Assembly: GCA_036630325.1 (NCBI GenBank)
Contig: CP142737.1
Location: forward strand, 372,001 to 436,000
Direction: 5' to 3'
DNA: 64,000 nt
Source of the DNA: Vairimorpha necatrix
Taxonomy: Eukaryota
Below are positions 1 through 11,290 of this stretch, piece after piece. A program made the position numbers and the translations under genes. Every line of letters begins with the position of its first letter. Position 1 is the first letter of the stretch. Under the pieces are notes generated by a model. That model was not told the DNA's origin, ran no database searches, and saw only the letters and a list, made by a program, of their open reading frames with translations.

Positions 1-400
1 TTTACCCATTCGCTAAGCAATATTAAAAGATCCTCAATAGGCAATTTTGAGTTCTTAAAAACGCTTTGTTTCATTATGGTTCCTTTGTTAGAACATTTTT
101 TACCATCACGCCTTGAATAACAACGATAGTTTTCAGTGTTGGTCCGATTTTGAGTCATTGGTATATTGCATTTATTGCACATAGGGACCCTCAAAATGTT
201 TTTTGCAATTAAAAATTGCATTAACTCATTTTTTTTATAGATGAGTTTTCTAAATTCTTTAATTCTCATTATGGGTCAAATTTTTTATTTCTTTTATTTT
301 TTCCCCTTTTTTTATTTTTTCCCCTTTTTTTTATTTTTCCCCCCTTTTTTATTTTTTTTTATTTTTTTTAGGGGTGGGGGGGTAAGTCGAGAACTTAACC
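1..400 (-). mobile_element. Merlin (IS1595/ISXO2-like) DNA transposon, 5' part, runs off window
   Basis: Open frame from ATG at 269 (preceded by CCC): MRIKEFRKLIYKKNELMQFLIAKNILRVPMCNKCNIPM..YRCYSRRDGKKC..SVFKNSKLPIEDLLILLSEW, resembling a Merlin N-terminal Zn-ribbon. GG-starting terminus near 400. Confidence 0.65.
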
Positions 401-2278
401 CAGATAGCACTTTCTGATATCATTATTTGTAAAATTAAACATCTACCTGATATTATTCAAAAAAAATTTTAAAAAATCAATATTTCATTACTACATTTAA
501 ATGGCTCAACAAGATTAAACTTATGTAAATTCAAATAATATATTTCTTTTATTATCATAAATAAAAACACATTGTCTGGAATATATCGATACTAGTATCA
601 TCATAACATAACAATGAATTACCGTCGAGATCTTAAAATCTGTAACTTATACCACCGTAAAATTTTTTCTTGTAAAGGTAATAAAATTTAAGAAGATTTG
701 TTAAATAGCAAAAAACACTTTTTTCATAATTACTGTCTATCTTGTTCCACATCTGTTAAATTCAAAACCACATAAATATCTTTGTCACTGTAATTTTATG
801 TATATTAAACACTAGAAGAATTCATTACGTGTGACCAATTACATATTAGTAATAATTGATAATACATAAGATGTATTTAAAACTTCAAATGCGTAAATTT
901 GAATCTACCTACATTCGAAATACATTTCGATTTATGATCGATGCCTGTCAAAAAATCACGCTATCTAAATCAGGTTTATAACAAGATAATTAATAAAAGA
1001 AAAAGCATAAAAATTATATTAAAAAACAGTTACACATCATTGGTTGACCATCTAATGTATAACCAAAAAAAAATATTATTTTAGAAGAGTAGCTAAAAAT
1101 ATTTAATTCAGATTCTTCATTAGATACTCAGACCATTATAGAACATAAGTTTTATTCGTTTTTCAAATAAATAATTAGGGTATACTCTTAACCCAGTTTT
1201 GAAGTAAACAATTAACTGGTCAATTTGGTATTAATACAGTACATTGTAAAAAAATAACTAAGGATTTGATTGCCCGACATACCCCAAGGTATTACAAGTT
1301 TAAAACCTTATTTTTGTTTTAATATCCAGACATCCTTAGATGTTTAATCATATATCATAAAATTAAAATAACATTGAAAACAAAAAAAGTGCATTAATTA
1401 TCAATATAAAAAAATTTTTATCTAATTTCTATGTAATAATCGCTTTGTAATTATCATAATTTAAATTTTAAACTGTTTTTTACTTAAATATTCAAATAGA
1501 AAATAAAAAAAACTTCATACCCTACGAATTAAAACAATTATAATACGCACAAAAATAAGTATTTAATACTCTACTTTAAATGCAAAAAAAATTACTAAAA
1601 AAGTTTAAATAACTTTTTTCTTTATTTTAAAGTAAAGAAGTGTATATTGGAATCTTTGTCCTATACATTTCTCTAGTCTTTTGTTAATTTAGCCATAATA
1701 CTTTTTTCGAAGACAACATCGAAAAAAAAAATTTAAAACTATATTATTACGAGATATGTGTTTGTGGATAGTTTTAAATTGTAGTTTGGCCCAATTTCTT
1801 AATCAATAGGCAATACAACAAAAATCAAGTTGTTATACGTATTTTTGCATTTTTTAGTGGTCTTATAGAGAATTCTCGAGATTATTTTTTTAGTATCTTG
1901 AGTTTGGAACTACAGAAAGTGAGAAGATAATTTGAGAGACAAGATTTAAAATACAGAAGAAGCGAACAATCAATCTCTGATTAAGAGAAATTTATACCTA
2001 GCTATGGCCTAATAGATAAAACGTTTGTTATTATTAACTAAATTTATATGTGAATATTTTTAAGATTGTTGTTGGTTTAAAAATATGTTTTCTGTTATAA
2101 TTTATTCTAAGGTATACTATGGCTATTGAAAACACCAGACAAGTCAAATGAAAATGCATATTTATTATTAAAACTTTTCTTTTATATTTGTGTAAGAAGT
2201 AATTGTTGTTGATTACTATTCTAGATTAGATGAACTTATGCAGTAACAGTTTAATATGAGACGAAGAAGAATTATTGA

Positions 2279-2401
2279 TGTCGAGCCGATCAAATACTGA
2301 TCAATCATATTCTTATAAATGGACTGTTTTGATTGGCTACAAAAGGTATTTAAAAACATTCACAGAGTAGGAGATGGAAAATAACAATAAACAAGTTGAC
2401 G
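2279..2401 (+). mobile_element. Solo LTR related to the LTR of the Ty3/gypsy element at 45910-49764
   Basis: tgtcgagccgatcaaatactgatcaatcatattctta...gattggctacaaaaggtatttaaaaacatt...ttgac aligns along its length with the reverse complement of 45910-46033. No clean TSD. Confidence 0.8.
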
Positions 2402-2441
2402 ATTATTTTTGTTAGAGTTACAACAGCAATAATTTAATTAC

Positions 2442-3298
2442 TGTCACCGTTCGGATTGGACGCCCGTTCGGACTGGACGCCGGGGAAAATGCTTACTTAA
2501 GAAGGGTAAAAAATTAAAAAAAAAATATTCGTTCGGATTGGACGCCGGGGAAAATGCTTACTTAAGAAGGGTAAAAAATATCCGTTCGGACTGGACGCCA
2601 GGGGAAATGCTTACTTAAGAAGGGTAAAAAATATCCGTTCGGACCGGACGCAGGGGAAAATGTTTACTTTATATGGTTAAAAAAATAATACAAAAAAATC
2701 GCTGATATTTATTTGTAATTTTTAGGTTAAACTAGTTTATGCGTTCCTGTTGCGAATATGGGAATTATAATTATGTTTTATAAAATGTTACTCTTTTTTT
2801 ATTTTTGTGTATTGAAAAAAAAACTAATAATGAGAAATAGGATTTTTTGAACATAAAATAGTTGATAGAGTCCTTATAAGACCTTATTTGGACAACAACG
2901 TCAATACCAGAAGACATTCGCTTTATGAACATTTAGATGCAGAAGTCTATGTTGTAACAGACATAATTCAATTTAATAAAGTAAAATTATGCAAAGAAGA
3001 TGATAATGGCATTATAATAGAAGAAATAAGTACTAGAGATCTAAGGTTGCTTGGTAATGAATAAAGTACTAAAAATTTTGTTTTTTTTATTTTTCTCCTT
3101 TTTTTCATTATTCCCTCCCATTATTATAAAAAAAAACAAAAATTTACCCCTCAAAAAATCGAGACAAAATTTGAGCTGTCTTAAAGACGAACATTTATTT
3201 GTTCTTATTTTCTGGTTCGCCCCTGACTGAAGAGATTTTTTTTTAATTTTTTACCCCCGGCGTCCAGTCCGAACGGGCGTCCGGTCTGAACGGTGACT
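2442..3298. mobile_element. Non-autonomous Ginger-like TIR element (deletion derivative of the 44003-45868 family)
   Basis: ~45-bp TIR (tgtcaccgttcgga..ggacgcc / ggcgtcc..gaacggtgact), ATTAC TSD and four ~55-bp subterminal repeats at 2465-2670. 2860-3298 matches the reverse complement of 44003-44440. Confidence 0.85.
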
Positions 3299-4100
3299 AT
3301 TACTATATAGCGATCTAAATATATTATTCAATTATATAATCGCAAATAAAGAATGATATTATAAAATTCCACAAGTTTGTTGTTAATAAATTTTTACATA
3401 TAACATACATTTTACTTATAATGTAAGCAATTATCTAACTTTTTATATTTTTAAGCAAATTTTCTAATCATTTATTTTTTTGCTACAGATAAATAAAAAT
3501 TCTAAATTTTCTTTCCCAAAGTAAAATCGAAAATACTAATCTAGAATTAGAACTTATAAATTCTTTTAATATTAAATAACTATGTAAACACATAAATATT
3601 AACAATATAGTCTATTTTATTAATTGACAAAATCAAATTATTTTTACGTAGTATAAATTATTTGTTTTTAATATGATGAGAAAGAATGATCAATTTACAT
3701 ATTCAAAACATAAGTGGTCATTCATAACCACAAGAAAAAAAGTTAAATTTGTTTTATTTGAGCAGAAGAAGCAACACACCTAATAATATGCTTAAATGTA
3801 TTGTATTTTTTGATAAATTATCATGAGATTTTTTTTTTGTTTGATCAATTTTTTTATGAAAGTGTACAAATTTAGTATTTGATTACCAAAATTAAATGAC
3901 TGGTAACAACAAAAATTTAAGGTTATTTTTAATGAAAATTTTTATTTTTTGTTTGTTTATTTTAATTTCAAAATATTTAAAATTAATTTTAAACAAATGA
4001 TATTTATATTTTGGGATAAATACTTGAATATTAAAGATTATATTTAATATTCTAACAATTAATATTTGTTTTACAAAAAAATTCATTGAACCCCTATAAT

Positions 4101-4820
4101 ATGTTTTCCTTTTCTACATTACTATTCTTTAATATAAGAAAATTTAATTGTAGCACCGAAAATAATGCGTCCAAAATAACTACTGAAAGCAGTGGAAATT
4201 TTGCTAAATGCAAGGAAATACTTTTACAAAAGAATTTTCACCATACCTATCGTAATTTTACTTTGGAAGATGGAAAAAGAATAACAAAAATGGTGTATGA
4301 TACAAAATTGGAAAAAATCACATTTCCTATTAAAATGCAACTTAGTTGGCCAAAGGCCCCTGACGGTACAGAGTATGAAATTCAGCGGAAAAATTTATTT
4401 TTTAATTTATATGCGCATGCTTTACCAGGGATTTCTGATAGAAAGGTACGCTTCGGAAAAAAAGAGGCGGTTCGAATTTTGCTATATGATCTTGGGGACA
4501 AAACTAAATTATTATGTGAAGCTTTGTTATGTATGAATTATGCACTTAAAAAAATTAATCAAGAAGAAGTTGAACAAATTATTTATAATCTTGTTGATAT
4601 CAAATTAAAAGAAAAAAATAATTTAAATTTTGAGCAAGTTTGTAAAAATAATAACTGCGAAAACATTGTCTATGAAATGCAAGCAAATATTAATAGTCAA
4701 GGTGGGAATCTACAAAAAAATACCTTTAATATGGGGCGCAACATGCAATCCAATTTGCTATTTATGACTGTTTTAACTGGTTCTTGCTGTATTGCTCCTT
4801 ATTATATTAAATTTCCCTAG
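4101..4820 (+). CDS. Putative secreted protein, lineage-specific paralog family (copy 1)
   Basis: ATG at 4101 after cccctataat; hydrophobic N-terminus; aligns with 14267 and 23855 (C..ILL, KxxFPxK, GK, LLC). Confidence 0.8.
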   Translation: MFSFSTLLFFNIRKFNCSTENNASKITTESSGNFAKCKEILLQKNFHHTYRNFTLEDGKRITKMVYDTKLEKITFPIKMQLSWPKAPDGTEYEIQRKNLFFNLYAHALPGISDRKVRFGKKEAVRILLYDLGDKTKLLCEALLCMNYALKKINQEEVEQIIYNLVDIKLKEKNNLNFEQVCKNNNCENIVYEMQANINSQGGNLQKNTFNMGRNMQSNLLFMTVLTGSCCIAPYYIKFP

Positions 4821-5363
4821 TTAAAATTAAAACATTTATTTTTTTGATTAGTAATTTAATTATAAATTGTTATATATCTCCCATTTTAATAATTATAGCA
4901 TAATTAAAAATTGAAATTCTGACATAAATTTACAAATTACATTTAGCATTTATAACCTTATCGGTAATAACGTATATAAAATTTTTTGTATACATCAAGC
5001 TCTATCTAAAACATATTCACGTTGAATCTCCGTAAAATTAAATATTTATATAAACAATTTAACCTTAATATAAGTAAAAATAAGGTAGTGAAACTTAATT
5101 ATTTAAGTAGGTTTTTAGGTGCAATATCAATGCAAGCACTTAAATACAATTAATATCGAGAAAGCCATTATAGAATCTTTTCTTTTTTTAACAATACACA
5201 CAAAAAATGTATTTCAATCAAATTATTTATTTTGCTTAAATCAAATGACGTTTTTTTTTCAATCGGAAAATTATTTTCTTAAAGTACTTAATTATATAAT
5301 TTTAGTAAAGATTGCAGCATATTAAACATAGTTTTGATATAGAAGTCTAAAAGACATACGAAC

Positions 5364-6002
5364 AGTACATGGACGTTTGTAACCCGGATTGAAAAAATGA
5401 AACCGCTTTGAAAATTTATAAAAAGGGAAAAAGATGTCAAAAAAAGACTTGGTAATTTCTTTAAGAAAATAAAAGATGAAGATTTATAGGTTTGTATTAG
5501 TTCTTTTATAGGACCAGAGAGACATTAAAAGGTACTCATTGAGCTGTCCTGGTTTGTTCCATGTCTAGGCCACATATTTTCTTTGAAAGAAACCAAAATC
5601 TCTCAATCTGTATGGTATTGTTTCTCAGGATCGTTAAAGTTTACGAAATTTATGGCGCAATTTACACTCCTATGCTCAATCCCAGTAATTCGTATAATTC
5701 GGCATCATATGCTATCATTGAAAATGATCCCAATAGAACTCTGTTACATATTGTATCCCATCAAGGAGAATAGCCGCATTTCTACTAGTCACAAGACAAG
5801 TAAGGCCACGGCGGTTATGCATTATTCAATTCTTTTAAATAACTTTAATTTATTCCTATGGTCAAAAACACTCTAATTTTAGCTAATTTAGTTCTTACCA
5901 ATTTTGATATTTTTTTATAGGGGTCTTTTCAAATTTCAAAGCGGGTTCGTTTTTCCAGAGCAGATTCATTTTTCCAAAGCAGGTTCCAAACGGCCATGTA
6001 CC
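5364..6002 (-). mobile_element. Merlin deletion derivative
   Basis: TIR (g)gtacatggacgtttg / caaacggccatgtacc; 8-bp TSD atacgaac/ataagaac; degenerate transposase C-terminal remnant (EHRSVN..NFVN). Same family as 20850-21502. Confidence 0.75.
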
Positions 6003-6528
6003 ATAAGAACTCATTTTTACATAAAATAACGAGAGTTATGTACCAGATCGTATTGTTTCATAAAAAACACTATCTAACTTTAATAACAAACTAACTACGA
6101 AATTTGCTCATCAGTCAATTAAGAAATGAAACAGTCAATTTTATATTCAGTAGAAATTAAACTTAACTTTTTAAAAATAACTCTTTTAGTGATTTATCTG
6201 TAACTATTGGATTTAATACAATAAAGTAGTACATTAAAATAAACATACAAGTAAATGATAGCATAATGAGTCAAATAGCATGTTGTGAACTCAAATATTC
6301 CGCGTTAAGATCAATACAAAGGTTTTATGTTAAAAAATTGGAAAGTTTTGTAGTAACAATATCTACTAAAAAGCTAGATGACTCTAATTACCGAAGGTTC
6401 CGACTTGCAAGATCCACCCCAGAACTCGAATTTACGATTTTTTTAAATAAGAATTTTTATACTATTAAAAGAGATCCACCCCCGTAGGCAAATGCTAAAA
6501 ATTAATATAAAAAGAAACCCTTTGATAT

Positions 6529-6878
6529 TGGCGTGTTTACCGGAGAGCTTGCCTGTGGCAAGGAAGCATTCAATGATGCTACGGTTTGGAGTGCCGTGAA
6601 AACCGGAGTTTAGATAGTTAAAAGAGTAAGATTGTTTATTGTTATAAAAAGAGTTTGGCTTATCTGAATTATAAAAGGGAAAGTGTTTGTTAGTGTTCGA
6701 GTGATGTACCATTTCGTTGATGGCATTTCTTTATTTATAATACAGAGTAGCCCATAGAAGCAAATGTGATAGAACTAATCAATAATAGCTGCCCATCATT
6801 GATCGTTCCGGCGAAGGATAAGCGTTTTAGTTTCCATTGGTTAATAAAAGAACATGTGGTATAATCCATTATACCACA
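6529..6878 (-). mobile_element. Solo LTR, ~350-bp family (copy 1), containing a 61-codon open frame
   Basis: TG...CA termini, 5-bp TSD GATAT; homologous to 9196-9543 and 43086-43436. Confidence 0.85.
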
Positions 6879-8238
6879 GATATAATGACTCTTTAAGTTT
6901 CCTAGTAATCTGCAACTCGAAAGCAGTCAAACTTATGTTGCCATTGTTTTCACGCAATTTTTGTAATCCTTCTAAGTTTTCTTTTAGCGTATTAGATTTT
7001 TTTTCATGGGGTAAAGTTTCAAAAAATTTAAAAGAAATTTCAAATAATTTATATCAATGGAAAAGATCCATGGTCTTTTCTATAAATGAATCTTACAGCT
7101 CGGAACCCCCGATAATGACGGCGAAATTCTTCTATAGTTGAATTTTTTCATCATGATGTGTTATCATACGTTATAAAGTAGAAAAAAAAATTATTTATCT
7201 CTCCACATACTAGGTCAAATTTTGTCTACGGTTGAAACTTGCTTTTTTATTTTCCTGTTTTTTTATAAATATAACATAATAGTAAAGTTTAATTTTACGT
7301 AGCACTGCATACTTGTGGAACCGAACAAACAAGATCCCCTCATATAATAAGTAAAAAAGGATATTGAGTAAATGTTAATATTTGAATGTATTACATTTAC
7401 ACAGTAAAAGGTTTCTGATACACAGCACATAAATGTCAATGTCGAAGAATGTAAACTAAAATGCATGACTTTATGATTTATGTGTTTTAGTATTAGTTAT
7501 TTGATTTAATCCATATAATATATGTGATTCCGACATATCAATTAGTATTAACAATATAAGTTTAAATAAAAGTTCTATTTTTTTTAAAAAATTTTTAGAC
7601 CAAGATAATATTATTGTTGAGTTTTATACGCTTCAATGTATAACGAAAAAAATAATACCAAGGTTCTACACACTTTCAAATGTGTTTTTGTGGTGTTACC
7701 ACCAGAGAGATGGTTATTTTGTAAATAACATTCAATAATGCTTCTCCCTGCATTTAAATTAATTTTAGTAAACTGCTTTTTAATTGCTATTCCCATGTGG
7801 GTAATTAGCAGTCCTTTTGTGAGGGGGTAAGTCCTTTGGTGACCTCCCATAATTGTAGAAGTGATTCTTCTTCTCGCTCATCCTTTTTTGTATTTTTTGT
7901 GGGTAAACTAAAGAGAAAATATTTATAGCAAAATTTTTCTAGAAAATACGTATGGAAGAAAATAAAAGAAAAATAAAATATTTGGTAAATAATGTGGCGC
8001 GCGAGCGTTGACCTCCTAGATTTCAAACCCGTGCAAACGTTGGCCTATGAATTTCCAACCTGTGCAGACGTTGACCTCTATGAATTTCCAACCTGTGCAA
8101 GCATTGAACACTAAGTTTTTTTAAGAAAACCTTCTGTCTGTATCATATCTCAATTAGATAATATAAATGCCTTAAAATAGATTCTACCCACGACTTATAT
8201 ACACAGGAGACTCTTAAGCATGCCACTAGACTATATGG

Positions 8239-11200
8239 CAGAGGTGGGCAAATACTTTAAAGCTGTGGGCCAAAATGAATTTTTTAAAATGTCTCCCGGG
8301 CCGGAGGACTATTTCGGCTTTGCTTTACACAAGCGGAAATTTTGGATGAAGTTTTTTCCCTGCGTATTTTTTTAACAAAAATATTAAGTATCATTTCAAT
8401 TAGAATAAAATATGTCAAGTACCTTCTAAGGAAATATTATTATAAATAAATGGCTATTAGATAGACCACACAATAAAAGGTTTTATTTTGTTACTTATTT
8501 ATGTCCTAACGATATTAATTATTTGATATTGACACATGGTTATTACAATTTAACATTTATATTGCATCTCTAAATATAATAGTAAAAAAAATTCAAAAAA
8601 GAAAAAAACATCAAACGTTAAAATAAATATTTAATGTTAATGCGAAACATGAAATGTCGAATATTCATCCGACATTATTTCTTCAAAATTAGGTTCTAAA
8701 TCACTTGTAGCAATCCTTAATACCGAGTTTAGATTTCCGTCAGTAATTTGTGGTCGATACTTATTTTTCGTTGAAACCATTAAAGAAAAAGTTCTTTCAC
8801 AAATATAAGTCAAACCAAATAAAACAAGATGTTTCTGAGCATAGTTTAAAATGTTTGAAATGTTCATTATTTAACGATCCATAGAAAGCACTCAATTCGT
8901 TTGAGTGAAAATTTTCTTTTAGTAATTTATTTGATTGTAAGTCAATTAGTTATAGTTGAATTTCAACAGGAGCTTCTTGCACGTCGAAATTGAAAGGATG
9001 GCTAATTAATGATAAAGGTTTTTCAATATCTTTGAAATCTTCATTTGAATTCAGAATGCAGGTCTTGTGTTATTGCACTTTATTTACTAAAATCTGTATT
9101 TTTTAATGATCCTCGCAGTGCTTGCAATGGGGGAAATGATTTAATAATTTATTATGAAAGTTTTCAGCAAATAAATCGAGTTTTTTCATAAATGCTGTGG
9201 TATAATGGATCATACCACATGATATATAAAACCAATAAATACTTAAACGCTGATGCTTCTTCGGAACGATCAGTTATGGTCGACTATTATTGGTCAGCCA
9301 AATCTTATTTCTTCCTATTGGTTACCATGTATATAAATAAAGAAATTCCATGAACAAACATGGTACAACATCAGAACAATAACAAGCACTCTTCCTTCTA
9401 CAAATCAGATAAACAAAACTCTTTATATAACAATAAACAATCTATTCACTCTAACTCTTTTAACTCCGGTTTTCACGGCTATCAAAACCGTAGCATCATT
9501 GAATGCTTTCTTGCTACAGGCAAGCTCCCCGGTAAACACGCCAAATGCTTTGACGGTTGAGTGCATATTAAAGCGAATTGGTTTTTACCTTGTAAATTTA
9601 TATTTAGTTCATTCAAATATTTAACTATATCTACTAAAAAACGAAAAATCGTTTAGCCAAGCCTCATTTTGTAATTCAGGAAAATCTTGTAGTTTTTCTT
9701 TTATCGACAAGAATGATACTATTTCATCAAGCAAATATTGAAATCTATGTAAAACTTTACCAATGCTAAGCCATCTCACTTTAGTGTAATATTGAATTTC
9801 GTAGTAGTCACTCTCGATTTCTTTCAAAAATTCAAGAAACTGTCGATGATTTAAGGCACGTCCTCGGATAAAATTTACAACTTTGGTCACAACAGTAACG
9901 ACGTGATTCAATTTCAAAACTTTTCTGCACAGCATTTCTTGGTGAATAATGCAGTGCAAAAATATTATATCGTGTTCTAATTGAAACTTTTTTACTTTGT
10001 CGCGAATTCGTTTAAGTAAGCCTATATTTTTCCCTGTTAAACTAGGACAGCCATCCGTAGTGCCGCTTACTATTTTATTCCAAATTAAACTAACTTTAAC
10101 TAAACACTCTTCAACAGCGAGAAAAAAGTCTTTACCAGTAGTTGTATTTTTCATTGGATGCACACTAAGAAGTTCCTCGCTAATTTCACATTTCTTATTA
10201 ATGCCGCGAATAAATATTAATAATTGACTTGTATCAGTAATATCGCAGGACTCATCTAGCCAGAGAACAATAGGTAAAATCAGCAATTTTTCTGCTTAGC
10301 TGGTCAAGTAAGTTTCCTGAAATATTTTCAATCCGGAGTACTATTGTTCTTCTCGAAAGGCTTAGATTTTTAACAATATGTTTCTTTTCAGGACAACATA
10401 TCTCCGACACTTGTACCATGCATTGTTTAACAAATTCTGCTTCTGAAAACGGCTTACAGAACTTAGCAATTTTGTGTGCGACAGCATAACTTGCTTTTGT
10501 AGTAGATTTTCAGCATCAATTCGTTTGGTAAAAAATTTTTGTTGCTGATTCAAGTTTCTTGTTAACTTTTCAGCTATGTTTTGAAGTTCTTGTAAAGAAA
10601 GTGATGCATATTTTTGATGTTTTGTTGTAAAATGCCTGCTTAAATTGTATTCTTTGAAAACAGCAATTGTTTCCTGACAAACTAAACAAATTGCTTTCTT
10701 ATTAATGTTTGTAAAAAGATATTTTACTGTCCAATCTTCATTGAAGTTTCTGCATTCCAAATCAACTTTTCTTTTTTTAGTTTCTCTCATTTTAAAAGGG
10801 CTATAAAAAAATAAGTTAAATAAAAACAATAAAAAAACACCAAAGTTTTAAAAATTTACTTACAAAAAGTCCACTTTTTCAATTTTATATATGCAAACCA
10901 ATGGTAGATTCGAACTAAAAATAAGTATGCGACCAGAATAAAATAATAATTAACAATACCTGGGCTGCTATCTGCCGTCCCCCAAACATTGAGAGGCTAA
11001 GAGGAGTGCAGCATATGTCGTCCACACATGCATTTTAAACCTAGCGCGATCTACTTTGTGTTCGATGAAAACCCCGCCATGCGAGCGACCCGCATCGTTC
11101 ACACTAGTGTAATCAGCCAAACGCTTATTTTATTTCGCCTATTATATATACAGTTCGCATACTAATAATGTTTATGTCAACAAAATCTCATAAGAGTTTT

Positions 11201-11290
11201 AAAAAAATTGCGTTAGAATTTTTCAGCGGGCCGGATAAAATTAGCAAAAGGGCCGGATCCGGCCCGCGGGCCGGCTTTTGCCCACCTCTG
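8239..11290 (-). mobile_element. hAT transposon (Buster/SPIN/GTF2IRD2-like), frameshifted transposase
   Basis: TIR cagaggtgggcaaa / tttgcccacctctg; perfect 8-bp TSD CTATATGG. Fragments at 10362-10829 (ICLVC..RHF), 9621-10286 (LDES.D, TTDG, HCIIHQ, VRWLS) and 8637-8867 (TYICERTFS). Confidence 0.95.
9196..9543 (+). mobile_element. Solo LTR, ~350-bp family (copy 2), inserted in the hAT transposase
   Basis: TG...CA termini, TSD AATGC, open frame from 9360 to the LTR end. Confidence 0.85.

Noticed and set aside
2465-2670. GC-rich repeats that look like a CRISPR array
   Set aside because: The intervening sequences are also repeated; these are subterminal repeats of a TIR element; no cas genes; eukaryotic context.
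3892-4086. 64-aa ORF and similar short I/K/F/N-rich ORFs (5119, 7263, 12713, 33762, 42694, 63463)
   Set aside because: Low-complexity chance frames in AT-rich DNA with no recognisable motif.
6260-7170. Possible decayed gene interrupted by the solo LTR
   Set aside because: Composition looks coding-like but there are several stops and no recognisable motif, so no call is supportable.
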